A stretch of 64,000 nt of DNA from an uncultured Muribaculaceae bacterium. Its GTDB lineage: Bacteria; Bacteroidota; Bacteroidia; Bacteroidales; Muribaculaceae. Below, one piece after another: positions 63,395 to 64,000 of the stretch. A model generated the notes under the pieces. That model was given only the letters and a program-made list of their open reading frames with translations, searched no databases and had not been told where the DNA came from. The DNA lies in the NCBI GenBank assembly GCA_944320595.1, contig CALUIB010000017.1, positions 296 to 64,295 of the forward strand, read 5' to 3'. The translations under genes were made by a program, and so were the position numbers. Positions within the stretch are counted from its first letter, which is position 1. Each line of letters opens with the position of its first letter.

Positions 63395-64000
63395 ATGAAT
63401 TACTTGTTTACGTCTGAATCAGTATCGGAAGGCCATCCCGACAAGGTGGCCGACCAAATCAGCGACGCAGTTCTCGACCAGTTCCTTGCCTACGACCCGG
63501 CATCGAAGGTTGCGTGTGAAACCCTTGTGACCACCGGCCAGGTGGTGATTGCGGGCGAAGTGAAGTCGCGGGCCTACATCGACCTTATGGATGTGACGCG
63601 CAGCGTGATTAACCGCATTGGCTACAACCGAAGCGAGTATAAGTTTGATGCCGATGCCTGCGGTGTGCTTTCGGCGCTTCATGAGCAGTCGCAAGACATC
63701 AACCGCGGTGTGGAACGCTCCACGCCCGAGGAACAGGGTGCGGGCGACCAGGGCATGATGTTCGGCTATGCCTGCAACGAGACCGACAATTATATGCCGC
63801 TCACGCTTGACCTGTCGCACTTGTTGCTGCGCGAACTTGCCGCCATAAGGCGTGAGGGGAACGAGATGCCATACTTGCGCCCCGATGCCAAGAGTCAGGT
63901 GACGGTGGAGTATAACGAGGAGCGCAAGCCGGTGCGTGTGCATACCATAGTGGTGAGCACACAGCACGACGAGTTTGTGCAGCCTGCCGACAATAGCCCT
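63395..64000 (+). CDS. metK: S-adenosylmethionine synthase (partial; continues past the right edge)
   Basis: Not in the ORF track because it is open at the edge. My translation reads [28 protein letters not shown]...[16 protein letters not shown]...[12 protein letters not shown]...[11 protein letters not shown]. An upstream in-frame ATG at 63383 is also possible. Confidence 0.95.
   Translation, partial: MNYLFTSESVSEGHPDKVADQISDAVLDQFLAYDPASKVACETLVTTGQVVIAGEVKSRAYIDLMDVTRSVINRIGYNRSEYKFDADACGVLSALHEQSQDINRGVERSTPEEQGAGDQGMMFGYACNETDNYMPLTLDLSHLLLRELAAIRREGNEMPYLRPDAKSQVTVEYNEERKPVRVHTIVVSTQHDEFVQPADNSP

Noticed and set aside
1-64000. A search for CRISPR arrays, tRNA/rRNA genes, transposases, integrases, reverse transcriptases and known defence-system gene sets
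   Set aside because: I saw no regularly spaced direct repeats, no tRNA-like sequences in any intergenic gap I read, and no ORF with recombinase, RT or nuclease-helicase signatures. Absence is judged by eye and should be confirmed with tRNAscan-SE, Infernal and DefenseFinder.

Overview
This is a 64-kb chromosomal segment that looks like a GC-rich Bacteroidota (Bacteroidales-type) genome. I infer that from two proteins with T9SS C-terminal sorting tails, exact TAnnTTTG -7 promoter boxes in front of many genes, and typical Bacteroidales families (DUF1573, DUF2023, DUF4271, DUF2723, LemA-TPM-TPM). Most of the window is housekeeping: lrgAB, fldA, panB, meaB, miaA, a GH13 amylase, thyA, lysS, gpsA, pgi, queG, hemD-like, rnpA-yidD-tatD, mutS, ssb and partial metK. 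I saw no rRNA, tRNA, CRISPR array, transposase, integrase or recognisable defence operon. Three genes are missing from the supplied ORF track: a >1469-aa T9SS surface protein (1-4408, minus, open at the left edge), metK (63395 to the right edge) and a 51-aa Pmp3/YqaE proteolipid (47587-47742). Several small islands look AT-richer by eye (not computed) and appear accessory. They are an orphan C5-cytosine methyltransferase, a pair of paralogous lipoproteins plus a beta-barrel OMP, a decayed antitoxin-like remnant, and a membrane protein with six DnaJ-type CxxCxGxG zinc-finger motifs beside a TPR/TM/HTH regulator. A secreted 17-Cys/6-His mini-protein lies convergent to a porin-imelysin-dihaem(DUF1111)-CcsBA cluster. 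The non-coding space holds two repeat families: a GTAGAGACG...CGTCTCTAC palindrome, and a ~75-nt hairpin repeat that ends in a -7 promoter box abutting start codons. It also holds a ~195-nt imperfect palindrome after thyA, an orphan promoter/terminator pair (sRNA candidate) and a SAM-II-like pseudoknot candidate upstream of metK. No clear novel multi-gene system is provable from sequence alone. The best candidates for undescribed biology are the zinc-finger membrane protein module, the Cys/His-rich secreted protein and the promoter-carrying repeat family.
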